Positions 30,815 through 39,429 of a DNA stretch of 39,429 nucleotides are shown here, one piece after another (the stretch's first letter is position 1; each line of letters opens with the position of its first letter). Below the pieces are notes generated by a model, which saw only the letters and a list, made by a program, of their open reading frames with translations, searched no databases and was not told where the DNA came from. The stretch is from a virus (taxonomy: Duplodnaviria > Heunggongvirae > Uroviricota > Caudoviricetes). Where the stretch lies: the IMG/VR virus record IMGVR_UViG_2529292726_000015, positions 1 through 39,429 of that record. The stretch is one strand, 5' to 3'. Both the position numbers and the translations under genes were made by a program.

Positions 30815-32640
30815 TGGCTTATAGTCGTGAACAATTGATGACGGCGTTAAGGAATGCTGATGCTGCTGGTGATACTGAGGGAGCACGTCGCATTGCTCAG
30901 ATGCTGTCTTCTGGTGATCAATCCACTCAAAACCAATCGCAGCCAGAAGAACAATCTCTGGTAGGAAAAGCTACTGACTGGCTCACTGGTGGTCAAAGTG
31001 CAGGGCAAATTGCTGAACAGGCTGGTCGTGGTCTGGTAAACATACCATTTGACGTATTGCAGGGTGGTGCAAGTCTGATTAATGCAATCAGCCAGGGGCT
31101 TGGTGGCCCAAAGGTTTTGGATGATGTTTATCGTCCAGTAGACAGACCGACAGACCCCTACGCTCAAGCTGGAGAAACAATTGGCGGGTATTTAGTTCCA
31201 GGAGTTGGAACGGCAGGAAGCATGGCTATTGGATCACTGGCAGAAGCCGCAAATCAGAAAGGCGATTTCGCGCAAAATGCAGCAAGAAACGCCGGAGTTA
31301 ACCTTGCCGCTCAGGGGGTTCTTTCCGCAGCAGCAAAGGGAATAGGGCGTGGAATAACGGCTATAAAAGGTGATATTGCGCCAGAAGTGGCGAAGAAAAT
31401 TGCCACATCAGAATCGATGGGCGTGACACCAATGACATCTGATGTTATCCCGCCGAAAAATGCTTTCACTCGCGGCCTTACTCAGGATGCCGAGGGGGCT
31501 TTGCTCGGGACAGGCTCAAAGCGAGCTGAGCAATATGCAACGCGTAGTAAGCTGGTAAGTAATTATTTTGACCGTTTTGGTGAGTACAACCCTGATGATG
31601 TGGTGAAATCTCTGACCACCACGTTAAGGGGGCGGAAGGATGCCGCTGGCGCTGTTATCAATGACGTCACCAATAAAATGGGTAATGCCGCAGTTGATAC
31701 CACAAATACCATGAATGCTCTGAATACAGCGATCGCAAGACAGGAACGGCTTGGGACGTCTGCCAATCAAAGCCTGCTTACATCCTTGCGTAACCTACGT
31801 GAAGAATTAGCAAACCCTGCAACTGATTTGGATGTTACGTTTGATCTCTTGCGTCAGCACAGAACAGCATTTAGATCTAATGTTCAGGGAGATGCTATGG
31901 TCTTCCCCAACCAGGCAAAAGCAGCTACCAATATGGTAGAGAATGCAATGTCAAAAGACCTTCGTAACGCAGTTGCTAAAAACCTCGGTGCATCAGACGC
32001 AGCAAAATACCTTAAAGCAAATTCCGATTATGCAAACGTTTATAATAAGGTGCTTAATAAAAACATTGCTAACAAGCTCAACAAGGCAAGCAGTGAAGCC
32101 AGTCCTGAACTTATAAATACCGTTGTATTAAGCAGAAAACCATCTGACGTTAAACGAATCTGGAGCGCATTGGATGATAATGGGAAAGATGCTATGCGTG
32201 CAGCTTACGTCAGCAAAATAGCGGAAAAGGCCGGGGACTCTCCAGCCAAGTTCATCACTGAAGTTAATAAGCTGAAATCTCAGTCAGGCGGTGAAATTTA
32301 CAACACTATTTTTTCTGGAAAGCACATGAAAGAGCTTGATGCTCTTCATGAAGTTCTACAGCAAACAGCAAGGTCAGACACCGCAAATGTAGTAACTCAG
32401 ACGGGGCAATCGCAAGCCAACAGGATAAGGACGATTGGCGCAACTGCGACTCTTGGGGCAACACTGGCGCTTGAATCTGGTTTCGGTGCAATGATGCGCT
32501 TGTATGAATCCAAAGCCGCAAGGAATGCGCTCTTACGTCTGGCAAACACTAAAGCTGGAACGCCAGCCTATGAAAGAGCGCTGAATAACGCCGCAAATGC
32601 CATCAGACCAATACTTGCCAATGATGCAACTGATCGCTAA
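30814..32640 (+). CDS. 16: Ejection protein (P22 gp16-like)
   Basis: 608 aa; position and length as P22 gp16. Confidence 0.8.
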   Translation: MAYSREQLMTALRNADAAGDTEGARRIAQMLSSGDQSTQNQSQPEEQSLVGKATDWLTGGQSAGQIAEQAGRGLVNIPFDVLQGGASLINAISQGLGGPKVLDDVYRPVDRPTDPYAQAGETIGGYLVPGVGTAGSMAIGSLAEAANQKGDFAQNAARNAGVNLAAQGVLSAAAKGIGRGITAIKGDIAPEVAKKIATSESMGVTPMTSDVIPPKNAFTRGLTQDAEGALLGTGSKRAEQYATRSKLVSNYFDRFGEYNPDDVVKSLTTTLRGRKDAAGAVINDVTNKMGNAAVDTTNTMNALNTAIARQERLGTSANQSLLTSLRNLREELANPATDLDVTFDLLRQHRTAFRSNVQGDAMVFPNQAKAATNMVENAMSKDLRNAVAKNLGASDAAKYLKANSDYANVYNKVLNKNIANKLNKASSEASPELINTVVLSRKPSDVKRIWSALDDNGKDAMRAAYVSKIAEKAGDSPAKFITEVNKLKSQSGGEIYNTIFSGKHMKELDALHEVLQQTARSDTANVVTQTGQSQANRIRTIGATATLGATLALESGFGAMMRLYESKAARNALLRLANTKAGTPAYERALNNAANAIRPILANDATDR

Positions 32641-32661
32641 GGGTTGATGTCATGGATGTTG

Positions 32662-33300
32662 TTAATTGCGAATGGAATCGCGGAACTCTTTACTTGATAG
32701 AAAAGGATCTGTTCTCCTTAACTCATCATAGTTTTTATTAAACTTTCTTGCTTCACCAGGGTATCTGTTGAACAAAACATTGCAGAAAAAAGAGAGCAAT
32801 AACTCACATATGAATGCTAATATCCTGAAAAATAAAGGTATAAAAAGAAGGAAAGGTTCATTGAAGTCTCTATTCCAAACAAAATAGACAATCATCCCGA
32901 CATACCAAATTGATATCCCTATACTGATGATTGTTCCAACAGAGGTAACTACGATCCCGATTAAGTCGGACAGTCTGTTTGCCAGTAACTCATTTGAGTA
33001 TCTTGCAATCATATACCGCCAACATTTTGCAATATCATCCTGATCTGTAGAGTCTTCTGGAATGGCTAGGCTTCTACATATTGAAGCAGCTCTTTTTTTC
33101 TCAACTCTTTTTGAGAGCCATCCATTAAAGAGATACATCAACACCTGCGTTGCTATTCCTGCACCAAGTGATATCAAAGACATCCCCAAAAATCGCCACC
33201 CTGGAGATAGTGACTGGTACTGCCAAACAAAAAAAATTAAAAAACCTAATGATCCTATGACATAGGCTGATGTATCGCTATATATATCTATTTTTTTCAT
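32662..33300 (-). CDS. Polytopic inner-membrane protein; superinfection-exclusion (SieA-like) candidate by position
   Basis: 212 aa with several hydrophobic segments; strongly AT-rich; opposite strand to virion genes; sits where P22 carries sieA. Confidence 0.5.
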   Translation of the reverse strand: MKKIDIYSDTSAYVIGSLGFLIFFVWQYQSLSPGWRFLGMSLISLGAGIATQVLMYLFNGWLSKRVEKKRAASICRSLAIPEDSTDQDDIAKCWRYMIARYSNELLANRLSDLIGIVVTSVGTIISIGISIWYVGMIVYFVWNRDFNEPFLLFIPLFFRILAFICELLLSFFCNVLFNRYPGEARKFNKNYDELRRTDPFLSSKEFRDSIRN

Positions 33301-33678
33301 TGAGTAGCCACTCCTTAGTTTTGAGCAGGATACCAGATGATACTGTATTGGTGGAGTGGTGTGTGAAAACGTGTCAACGACAAACCATCCACAACTTGGA
33401 CGAATGATTTAGCAAAAAGTGCTATTTTTGGTGTTTAGTGTCATAGAAAAGTGAATAGCTCACTTTTCAACATTGCATGAAACTTGCAGGAAATGTGACA
33501 TTACCTTATAGGTAACTTCGGCGAAAATGCAGTAAATGTGAAACGTAATGGTTTAAACATGTCGCTAAAGTGGTTGTAAGTTAGCCTCCGAAGGATTGCT
33601 GATAGCTTTGTTATAGTATTAAATGACATTTGACATAGTTGGATACTTAGCTGTGGCTATCAAGATGGAGGTGTGTTC

Positions 33679-34122
33679 ATGCTTACTTGTTTTGATGTCG
33701 CCGACTACTTCCTGTCGCGGTGTGACGAGGATAGCGGTGACACAATCTCTAATTTAAAATTACAAAAGCTTGTTTACTATGCTCAGGGTTTTTCATTGGC
33801 GTTGCTTGGCGAGCCTCTTTTTCAGAATAAGATGGAAGCTTGGATGCATGGCCCTGTTGTCCCTGAGCTTTATCGCCGTTATAAACAATATGGTAATGGC
33901 GCTATCCCTTCTCCAGAGTCTTTTGATGCTGAAAAATTCAGCGAAGAACAGTTAGAGCTATTAGAAGAAGTCTGGGATGTTTTTGGGCAATTTTCTGCCT
34001 GGAAACTGAGGAACATGACACACGAAGAGTCACCATGGAGATCAAACTATATTGAGGGTGTTGGTGGTTCTGAAATTAGCTCTAAGGAGATGGCAGAGTA
34101 CTTTGCAACTCGGATTAACTAA
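33679..34122 (+). CDS. Panacea (DUF4065)-domain protein, putative antitoxin-type component
   Basis: LKLQKLVYYAQGFSLALLGEPLF...EAWMHGPVVPELYRRYKQYG matches the Panacea/DUF4065 signature as recalled; ATG at 33679 preceded by GGAGGTG. Confidence 0.65.
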   Translation: MLTCFDVADYFLSRCDEDSGDTISNLKLQKLVYYAQGFSLALLGEPLFQNKMEAWMHGPVVPELYRRYKQYGNGAIPSPESFDAEKFSEEQLELLEEVWDVFGQFSAWKLRNMTHEESPWRSNYIEGVGGSEISSKEMAEYFATRIN

Positions 34123-34126
34123 CGAG

Positions 34127-34546
34127 ATGGCAAGAAAATCTAAAAGGATTATCCCCCCTGCTGAATCTACAGGTAAGTTAAAGTTAGGGCCGCAGTCAGG
34201 GGGGAATTCAGATCAAAAGAAACCGAAATTTTCATTCTGTTACATCCAAAGCTCTCACTGCATAACGAAATGCCAAAAAGATGAGAAAGCTGGCTTAGCT
34301 GATAAATTATACAGATTAAGTCAACTAACATGGGCAGAGATTAAGCAGCAAGGTAGGCATAAGCTTGGATTTGAGAAGATTGCAAGGGGTGCGATTAAAG
34401 CAGGTATCCCCAGTCATATAACGGAAGACGTAGATCATTTCTTGGCTTTTAGATTTGATGATTTGAAAGCCATGGTTGGTTATCGTCTTGGATCGACATT
34501 TTTTGTTATATGGCTTGATAGAGAGTTCAACCTATACAAGCACTAA
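34127..34546 (+). CDS. Unrecognised 139-aa protein immediately downstream of the Panacea gene (candidate toxin/effector partner)
   Basis: ATG 5 nt after the Panacea stop; basic N-terminus (MARKSKRIIPP...); no family recognised. Confidence 0.45.
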   Translation: MARKSKRIIPPAESTGKLKLGPQSGGNSDQKKPKFSFCYIQSSHCITKCQKDEKAGLADKLYRLSQLTWAEIKQQGRHKLGFEKIARGAIKAGIPSHITEDVDHFLAFRFDDLKAMVGYRLGSTFFVIWLDREFNLYKH

Positions 34547-34547
34547 T

Positions 34548-34575
34548 AAAACCCACCGTCAGGTGGGTTTTTTAT
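34548..34575. terminator. Bidirectional rho-independent terminator between convergent genes
   Basis: Stem AAACCCACC-GTCAG-GTGGGTTT flanked by A-run on the left and T-run on the right. Confidence 0.6.
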
Positions 34576-34598
34576 AAGGAGTAATCATGATTTACCCA

Positions 34599-35135
34599 TC
34601 AAACAACCCACCAGTTTGCCTGATTGGATGCCAGCCTTGCAGTTTTTATGGAATTAATTATGCCATGCTCAAGAGCCTTGTTAGCATCCAAAATGGTCGA
34701 GTCTGCTATCAGGGATGCCCACCTAATATGGGTTCCGATGTCGATATTGAACGTCTCAACGAAGCGATCAAGATCGTTATCGAGGCATTTCCCGTACTCT
34801 CTCAATCTGGCATGGTCGGCGGCTGGGGTGGCAAAGCCCCATAATAGAGGATGTAACAGGAATCTTGATAATGGGTTTGCGAAACGTTCTGAGCCAGCCA
34901 GGAAAACGATATTAGCTATGGACTCAACATTGCTTATGTTGTGAGTTCTAACGGTAACAGGGAGTGACTTAAGAAAGTTATACGCAGTAAAACCAGCGGC
35001 AGTTTCCCCTCCCTGACTTGATATATGGATATTTAATTCAGTTGCGCCTTGAGATAATGCGGTGAGACAGTGGTTCTGAAGTTGCCCAACAGTGGCGGTG
35101 TTAACGGGGCATAAGAAATGAATTGTGTGCAGCAT
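34599..35135 (-). CDS. ClpP-like (S14/ClpP-crotonase fold) serine protease homolog
   Basis: IHISSQGGETAAGFTAYNFL...ISNVESIANIVFLAGSERFANPLSRFLLHPL aligns by eye with E. coli ClpP (YINSPGG...CMGQAASMGAFLL...MIHQP), including candidate Ser and His; ATGA overlap with mnt stop. Confidence 0.6.
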   Translation of the reverse strand: MLHTIHFLCPVNTATVGQLQNHCLTALSQGATELNIHISSQGGETAAGFTAYNFLKSLPVTVRTHNISNVESIANIVFLAGSERFANPLSRFLLHPLLWGFATPAADHARLREYGKCLDNDLDRFVETFNIDIGTHIRWASLIADSTILDANKALEHGIINSIKTARLASNQANWWVV

Positions 35136-35383
35136 TATTTATCATCCTTACCATACATGGTTTTCAGCGTCTCCAGCAGCGCCTCTTTGAATTTGTCAGC
35201 TTCTTGCTGAGCAAATGACTCAACTGACTTTGGCGACCTATCTTCATCAATCGCGGCTTGCAAAATCATGACGATCTCGGAGTTAACAGAGCGACCATTT
35301 TTTGATGCTCTAACAGCAAGAGCCTCGCGCAAAGATTCAGGGATTCTTACCGTAGTTGGAGAAATTGACACACCCTTTGCCAT
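35135..35383 (-). CDS. mnt: Mnt-like ribbon-helix-helix repressor
   Basis: 82 aa; N-terminal RHH region with NGRSVNSEI resembling P22 Mnt/Arc (ANGRSMNSEL); divergent from arc-ant. Confidence 0.75.
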   Translation of the reverse strand: MAKGVSISPTTVRIPESLREALAVRASKNGRSVNSEIVMILQAAIDEDRSPKSVESFAQQEADKFKEALLETLKTMYGKDDK

Positions 35384-35497
35384 ATCACACCTTTGGTATT
35401 CAATTTGATATCAAAGTGTATGCAAAAAAATTTTGACTAGATATACTCACTTTGCTATCTTTTGTATTCGAAAAGAGTTGTTTGCGTGGAGGGTAAC
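35384..35497. promoter_or_regulatory. Divergent Pmnt/Pant promoter-operator region
   Basis: TTGACT element and partial palindrome TAGATA...TATCT between divergent mnt and arc. Confidence 0.4.
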
Positions 35498-35650
35498 ATG
35501 GAGAAAGAAATAAGTAAGATTTTGGTAAGGATGCCGCAGTCGTTAAAGGATGCTATCGGTAGCAGGGCAAAGGAAGAGTGCAGGTCGTTTAACTCAGAGG
35601 TTATCAAGCGCCTGATAGACAGCCTGAAGAGAGAGGGGGTAACGGTGTGA
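35498..35650 (+). CDS. arc: Arc-like ribbon-helix-helix repressor
   Basis: MEKEISKILVRMPQSLKDAIGSRAKEECRSFNSEVIKRLIDSLKREG resembles P22 Arc; GGAGGG RBS before ATG. Confidence 0.7.
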   Translation: MEKEISKILVRMPQSLKDAIGSRAKEECRSFNSEVIKRLIDSLKREGVTV

Positions 35651-35882
35651 TTCGCTTGGATGCAGTAGTCAAAGAGATTGCGATTACCATTTTAAGACCA
35701 AATTTTGTTCATGGCGAATCATTTGGCACGAACGAAAAATTGAGAAGAGAAAGAGTATTCAGTGGCAAGCGCACGTTTTCAGAAGTGATGCTTGATGCGG
35801 CAAAGAAATCAAAACAGTGAAGCCCCAACTGCTGGAACAGTCAGGGCTTCGGTTGTCGGTAAATCCGTGGAGAAAAACCAAC

Positions 35883-36785
35883 ATGAATAGTATAGCAATT
35901 TTAGAAGCAGTGAACACCTCTTACGTGCCATTCAACGGTCAGCAAATTATCACCGCCATGGCTGCCGGAGTTGCATATGTTGCGATGAAGCCAATCGTTG
36001 AAAACCTCGGAATGAGCTGGTCAACGCAGCAAACAAAACTCATGAAGCAGATTAGCAAATTCAACTGTGTTCATATGAACATGGTTGCCGCTGATGGTAA
36101 GCTTCGTAAGCTACTCTGCCTTCCTTTGAAGAAGTTAAATGGATGGCTGTTCAGCATCAACCCTGAGAAAGTTCGTGCTGACATCCGCGATAAACTGATT
36201 CAGTACCAGGAAGAATGCTTTACTGTGCTGCATGACTACTGGACAAAGGGAGAGGCAGCAAATGCACGGAAGAAAACATCTGTTGATGACAGGACTCCGC
36301 TTCGTGATGCTGTAAATATGCTAGTCAGCAAAAAGCATCTAATGTACCCAGAAGCTTATGCAATGATTCATCAGCGTTTCAATGTGGAAAGTATTGAAGA
36401 GCTTGATGCATCTCAGATACCACAAGCAGTAGAGTACATCCACAGGGTAGTGCTTGAAGGTGAGTTCATCGGCAAACAAGAGAAGAAAACCAACGAGCTT
36501 TCTGCAAAAGAAGCAAACAGCCTTGTATGGCTATGGGATTATGCCAACCGCTCACAGGCATTATTCCGCGAACTGTATCCGGCGCTGAAACAAATTCAAT
36601 CGAACTATTCCGGCAGATGCTACGACTACGGTCATGAGTTCTCGTATGTTATCGGAATGGCGAGAGACGTTTTAATCAATCACACACGAGATGTTGATAT
36701 TAATGAGCCAGACGGACCAACGAATCTTTCCGCATGGATGAGACTTAAGAATAAAGAATTACCTCCTTCAGTACATAACTACTGA
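35883..36785 (+). CDS. ant: Antirepressor Ant
   Basis: [46 protein letters not shown]... matches P22 Ant; the ORF-track start at 35817 is an extension. Confidence 0.85.
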   Translation: MNSIAILEAVNTSYVPFNGQQIITAMAAGVAYVAMKPIVENLGMSWSTQQTKLMKQISKFNCVHMNMVAADGKLRKLLCLPLKKLNGWLFSINPEKVRADIRDKLIQYQEECFTVLHDYWTKGEAANARKKTSVDDRTPLRDAVNMLVSKKHLMYPEAYAMIHQRFNVESIEELDASQIPQAVEYIHRVVLEGEFIGKQEKKTNELSAKEANSLVWLWDYANRSQALFRELYPALKQIQSNYSGRCYDYGHEFSYVIGMARDVLINHTRDVDINEPDGPTNLSAWMRLKNKELPPSVHNY

Positions 36786-36802
36786 CAGATAACCAACGCG
36801 AC

Positions 36803-36828
36803 AACCCAGCTTCGGCTGGGTTTTTTTA
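36803..36828 (+). terminator. Rho-independent terminator after ant
   Basis: Stem ACCCAGC-TTCG-GCTGGGT followed by a T7 run. Confidence 0.7.
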
Positions 36829-36886
36829 TGCCCAAAATTCACCGTAGCCACGCTGCGGCGATTCCTTGTATCTGGAGCAAATTAAA

Positions 36887-38599
36887 ATGACAGATTCAAT
36901 AAATGCCAATGTTGTAGTGAGTATGCCTTCGCAACTCTTCACTATGGCACGTTCTTTTAAAGCCGTAGCCAATGGTAAAATTTATATCGGAAAAATTGAC
37001 ACTGATCCGGTAAATCCTGAAAACCAGATTCAGGTTTATGTGGAGAACGAAGACGGTTCTCACGTTCCTGTTTCGCAACCAATCATCATTAACGCTGCTG
37101 GTTATCCGGTATATAACGGACAGATTGCCAAGTTCGTAACTGTGCAAGGCCATTCTATGGCTGTTTATGATGCGTATGGTGCACAGCAGTTCTATTTTCC
37201 TAATGTGCTGAAGTATGACCCTGATCAGTTACGCCGAGAGCTTGCAGGAGATAATGGTTCAAATCTGGTTGGTGGTCTTCCGTTTGATTCTATGTATGGA
37301 GATCTCTCTACTACTGAAGATAACACAATGTCTATAAATGAACGTCTAAATTGGAGTAGAAAAACAGGTAAGACAGTAGAGCTTCCAGCAGGAAGGTTTA
37401 AAGTAAGCGGAGAGCTTGAACTTGGCGGTGTTAAGTTGAGAGGTAGATCTATAGGTTTTCGTAATAGTGACGGTACGGTACTTGTAGGTGTTGGGCAAGA
37501 TAGACTATTTAATCAATCTGAAAGTACATTTCCTTATTTCGCTTCCACAAAACTTGAAAGTTTACGCATTGAAAATGTTATATGCGGAATAGAATTTGGT
37601 TATCTGAATAGAGCTGAGTTTGAAGATATACATATAAAATGTACTGGTACAGGAGTGAGATTTGGGCGCGCTGGAAATGCGGGACCACAATGGAATATTA
37701 TGCGCAGATGTACAGTGGAAAGTATTGGTGGAAGCGCGATATACATGAATGGAGCAGAGTGGTGTAATAACAACACTTTTGAGCTTTGTTTCTTTGAAAG
37801 CAAGGAAAACGCAGATATACCAGCAGTGGTTATCGATTGTGCTGGAGGGTTTGGGGCAATTGATAACATTTTTATTGGGACAGAAATAGCATCTGAAGGA
37901 TATGGTGTTAGGCTGAAAAACGCTAAGGCAACTCATTTTTTTGGTGCATACTTAGAATGCTATGGGCCATCAATTTGGTTAAATGGCACATCTCTTGGAA
38001 CAAAAGTTGCCGGTGGGGTATTTGCAAGACAACGAAATAACAATGCCACTGGCATTAATTGGGCAATATATCATGAGTCTGGTAATGCATCTATTGAGAT
38101 TGATAAACCTTATGTTGTTGTGTCAAGCCCAATAAGTCAGAATGGGTGTGGCTTTATTGGATATAAAGGAGAAAGTCCGGCGTCTGGCTTGGTGGTGGAT
38201 ATAACATCAGACCCTCACACTGAAAATATCGGGGGTGTTGCATATACAAGATACAAGGATGGATTATTTAGTAAAACAACTAAAATTGTTCATGGAGATC
38301 AAATAATTCAATCAAATTCATCTCCATCACTTTCTCTTCAGCACGAAGATGGCACAAAAAAGGTTGAAATATATAGCAACTCATTAAAAGATGGGGAAGA
38401 TTTTGGTGCCACGCTTAAGGTGAATGATATATCAAGAATGCAATTCACAGCCGATGGTAAGAAAATATTACTTCCTGGACAAACTCTTGGTGTTAAAGCT
38501 GAGGAAAATACTGATACATCAGGCATTAAAACCCATAGGGTTCAACTACTTAATGAGTCAGGGGCGCATCTTGGATATATTCACGTATTCTCAAAATGA
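36887..38599 (+). CDS. 9: Tailspike protein: P22 gp9-like head-binding N-domain fused to a divergent receptor-binding/enzymatic C-domain
   Basis: N-terminal ~115 aa ([44 protein letters not shown]...VLKYDPDQ) match P22 gp9; remainder does not resemble P22; ORF-track start at 36866 is TTG. Confidence 0.85.
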   Translation: MTDSINANVVVSMPSQLFTMARSFKAVANGKIYIGKIDTDPVNPENQIQVYVENEDGSHVPVSQPIIINAAGYPVYNGQIAKFVTVQGHSMAVYDAYGAQQFYFPNVLKYDPDQLRRELAGDNGSNLVGGLPFDSMYGDLSTTEDNTMSINERLNWSRKTGKTVELPAGRFKVSGELELGGVKLRGRSIGFRNSDGTVLVGVGQDRLFNQSESTFPYFASTKLESLRIENVICGIEFGYLNRAEFEDIHIKCTGTGVRFGRAGNAGPQWNIMRRCTVESIGGSAIYMNGAEWCNNNTFELCFFESKENADIPAVVIDCAGGFGAIDNIFIGTEIASEGYGVRLKNAKATHFFGAYLECYGPSIWLNGTSLGTKVAGGVFARQRNNNATGINWAIYHESGNASIEIDKPYVVVSSPISQNGCGFIGYKGESPASGLVVDITSDPHTENIGGVAYTRYKDGLFSKTTKIVHGDQIIQSNSSPSLSLQHEDGTKKVEIYSNSLKDGEDFGATLKVNDISRMQFTADGKKILLPGQTLGVKAEENTDTSGIKTHRVQLLNESGAHLGYIHVFSK

Positions 38600-39236
38600 T
38601 TCCTTGTTTTTAATATGTTTAATTTTTTATTAAGAGAACGCTCATAATTCTGTGCCACGTTAAAAAATCATTACAACGTAATCGCTTTATCGAGGCGGAC
38701 TCCAAAATAAATCGCCAACTGGGACAATATCAAATTCCAGGTCTGGATCGTCATTGTCCATTTTTCCTTCGCATCGAAGGGTTGGAACATGTGTCATTCC
38801 TTTTTGATTGCATATTACTGGAATGACACAGAATTTCTAACACACCATTTATTAATGGTTAACTTTATGAGTTATCACTATAAAAATATAAATAGGAGCC
38901 ACATGCGTTTAATATAATTATAATTATAGATGTTATCAATTCTGTTTTTATTATATAAAAAGTTAATAATTTATAATATATAGTTTACATTACTAATTAG
39001 ATAATTCTTCACTACTTGATCAAGTGTTTTTCCCAAAGCAGAATTGTTTATGACAAAACTGAGACACACAAAGCTTTGCACTGGATTGCAAGGCTTTGTG
39101 CTATCTGAGATATAGCAATGCTGGTTGCTACACCTTTTCATCAAGCCAGTCCGCCCACCACTGCATCATTTCTCTGCGCTTATCGAGATACTGAGCATGG
39201 TTGTAAATTCAGCTACCCCAGTGTGTTGACAAAAAA

Positions 39237-39271
39237 TTAGCGCAAGAAGACAAAAAATCACCTTGCGCTAA
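39237..39271 (-). promoter_or_regulatory. sib/tI-like hairpin (lambda int retroregulation element)
   Basis: TTAGCGCAAG...CTTGCGCTAA inverted repeat with T-run on the minus strand; matches lambda sequence just left of the attP P arm as recalled. Confidence 0.55.
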
Positions 39272-39275
39272 TGCT

Positions 39276-39429
39276 CTGTTACAGGTCACTAATACTATCT
39301 AAGTAGTTGATTCATAGTGACTGGATATGTTGTGTTTTGTCGCATTTTGTAGTCTATTATTTAACCGTAAATACTTATAAACATATGATTTTTAAATAAT
39401 TTATATGATTTTGTCATCCTTTAGTTCAG
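39276..39429. other. P arm of attR (lambda attP-like Int arm-type sites); core expected just beyond window end
   Basis: CTGTTACAGGTCACTAATAC...TCATAGTGACTGGATATGTTGTG closely matches the lambda attP P arm; window stops at ...TTAGTTCAG where lambda continues with the core. Confidence 0.6.

Larger units (their letters stand above)
1..39429. mobile_element. Mosaic lambdoid prophage (lambda-type integration module, P22-type immunity and virion genes), nearly complete in window
   Basis: Contiguous phage gene order int-xis...N-cI-cro...Q-lysis-terminase-portal-coat-tail-tailspike, ending in a lambda attP-like P arm. Confidence 0.9.

Noticed and set aside
36866-36886. Upstream TTG start for the tailspike
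   Set aside because: ATG at 36887 has a GGAG RBS and matches the P22 gp9 N-terminus MTD...; the TTG extension is unnecessary.

Overview
The window is almost entirely one mosaic lambdoid prophage of an enterobacterium (about 39.4 kb), read from a lambda-type int (3' end cut by the left window edge) to the P arm of attR at the right edge. All homology calls are from reading the translations and recalling known phage proteins; no database search was run. Module order: lambda int/xis; early-left accessory genes; a P22-type recombination block (Erf, SSB, Abc2, Kil, cIII-like); N with nutL; P22-type immunity region (c2, operators, cro, nutR, c1); O-like initiator with internal iterons plus DnaB-like helicase; lambda-type nin region with a Dam-like methyltransferase; Q; an HNH-AP2 endonuclease inserted in the late leader; lambda S/R/Rz/Rz1; P22-type terminase, portal, scaffold, coat, tail accessory and ejection proteins; an immI-like region (Mnt, Arc, Ant); and a tailspike with a P22-like N-terminus and a divergent C-terminus. 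The most interesting part is a moron island between gene 16 and mnt (32.6-35.4 kb): an AT-rich membrane protein gene, a Panacea(DUF4065)-domain gene with an unrecognised downstream partner (candidate toxin-antitoxin or defence pair), and a ClpP-like serine protease gene co-oriented with mnt. No rRNA or CRISPR array was found; a tRNA-like T-arm motif was seen but no complete tRNA.
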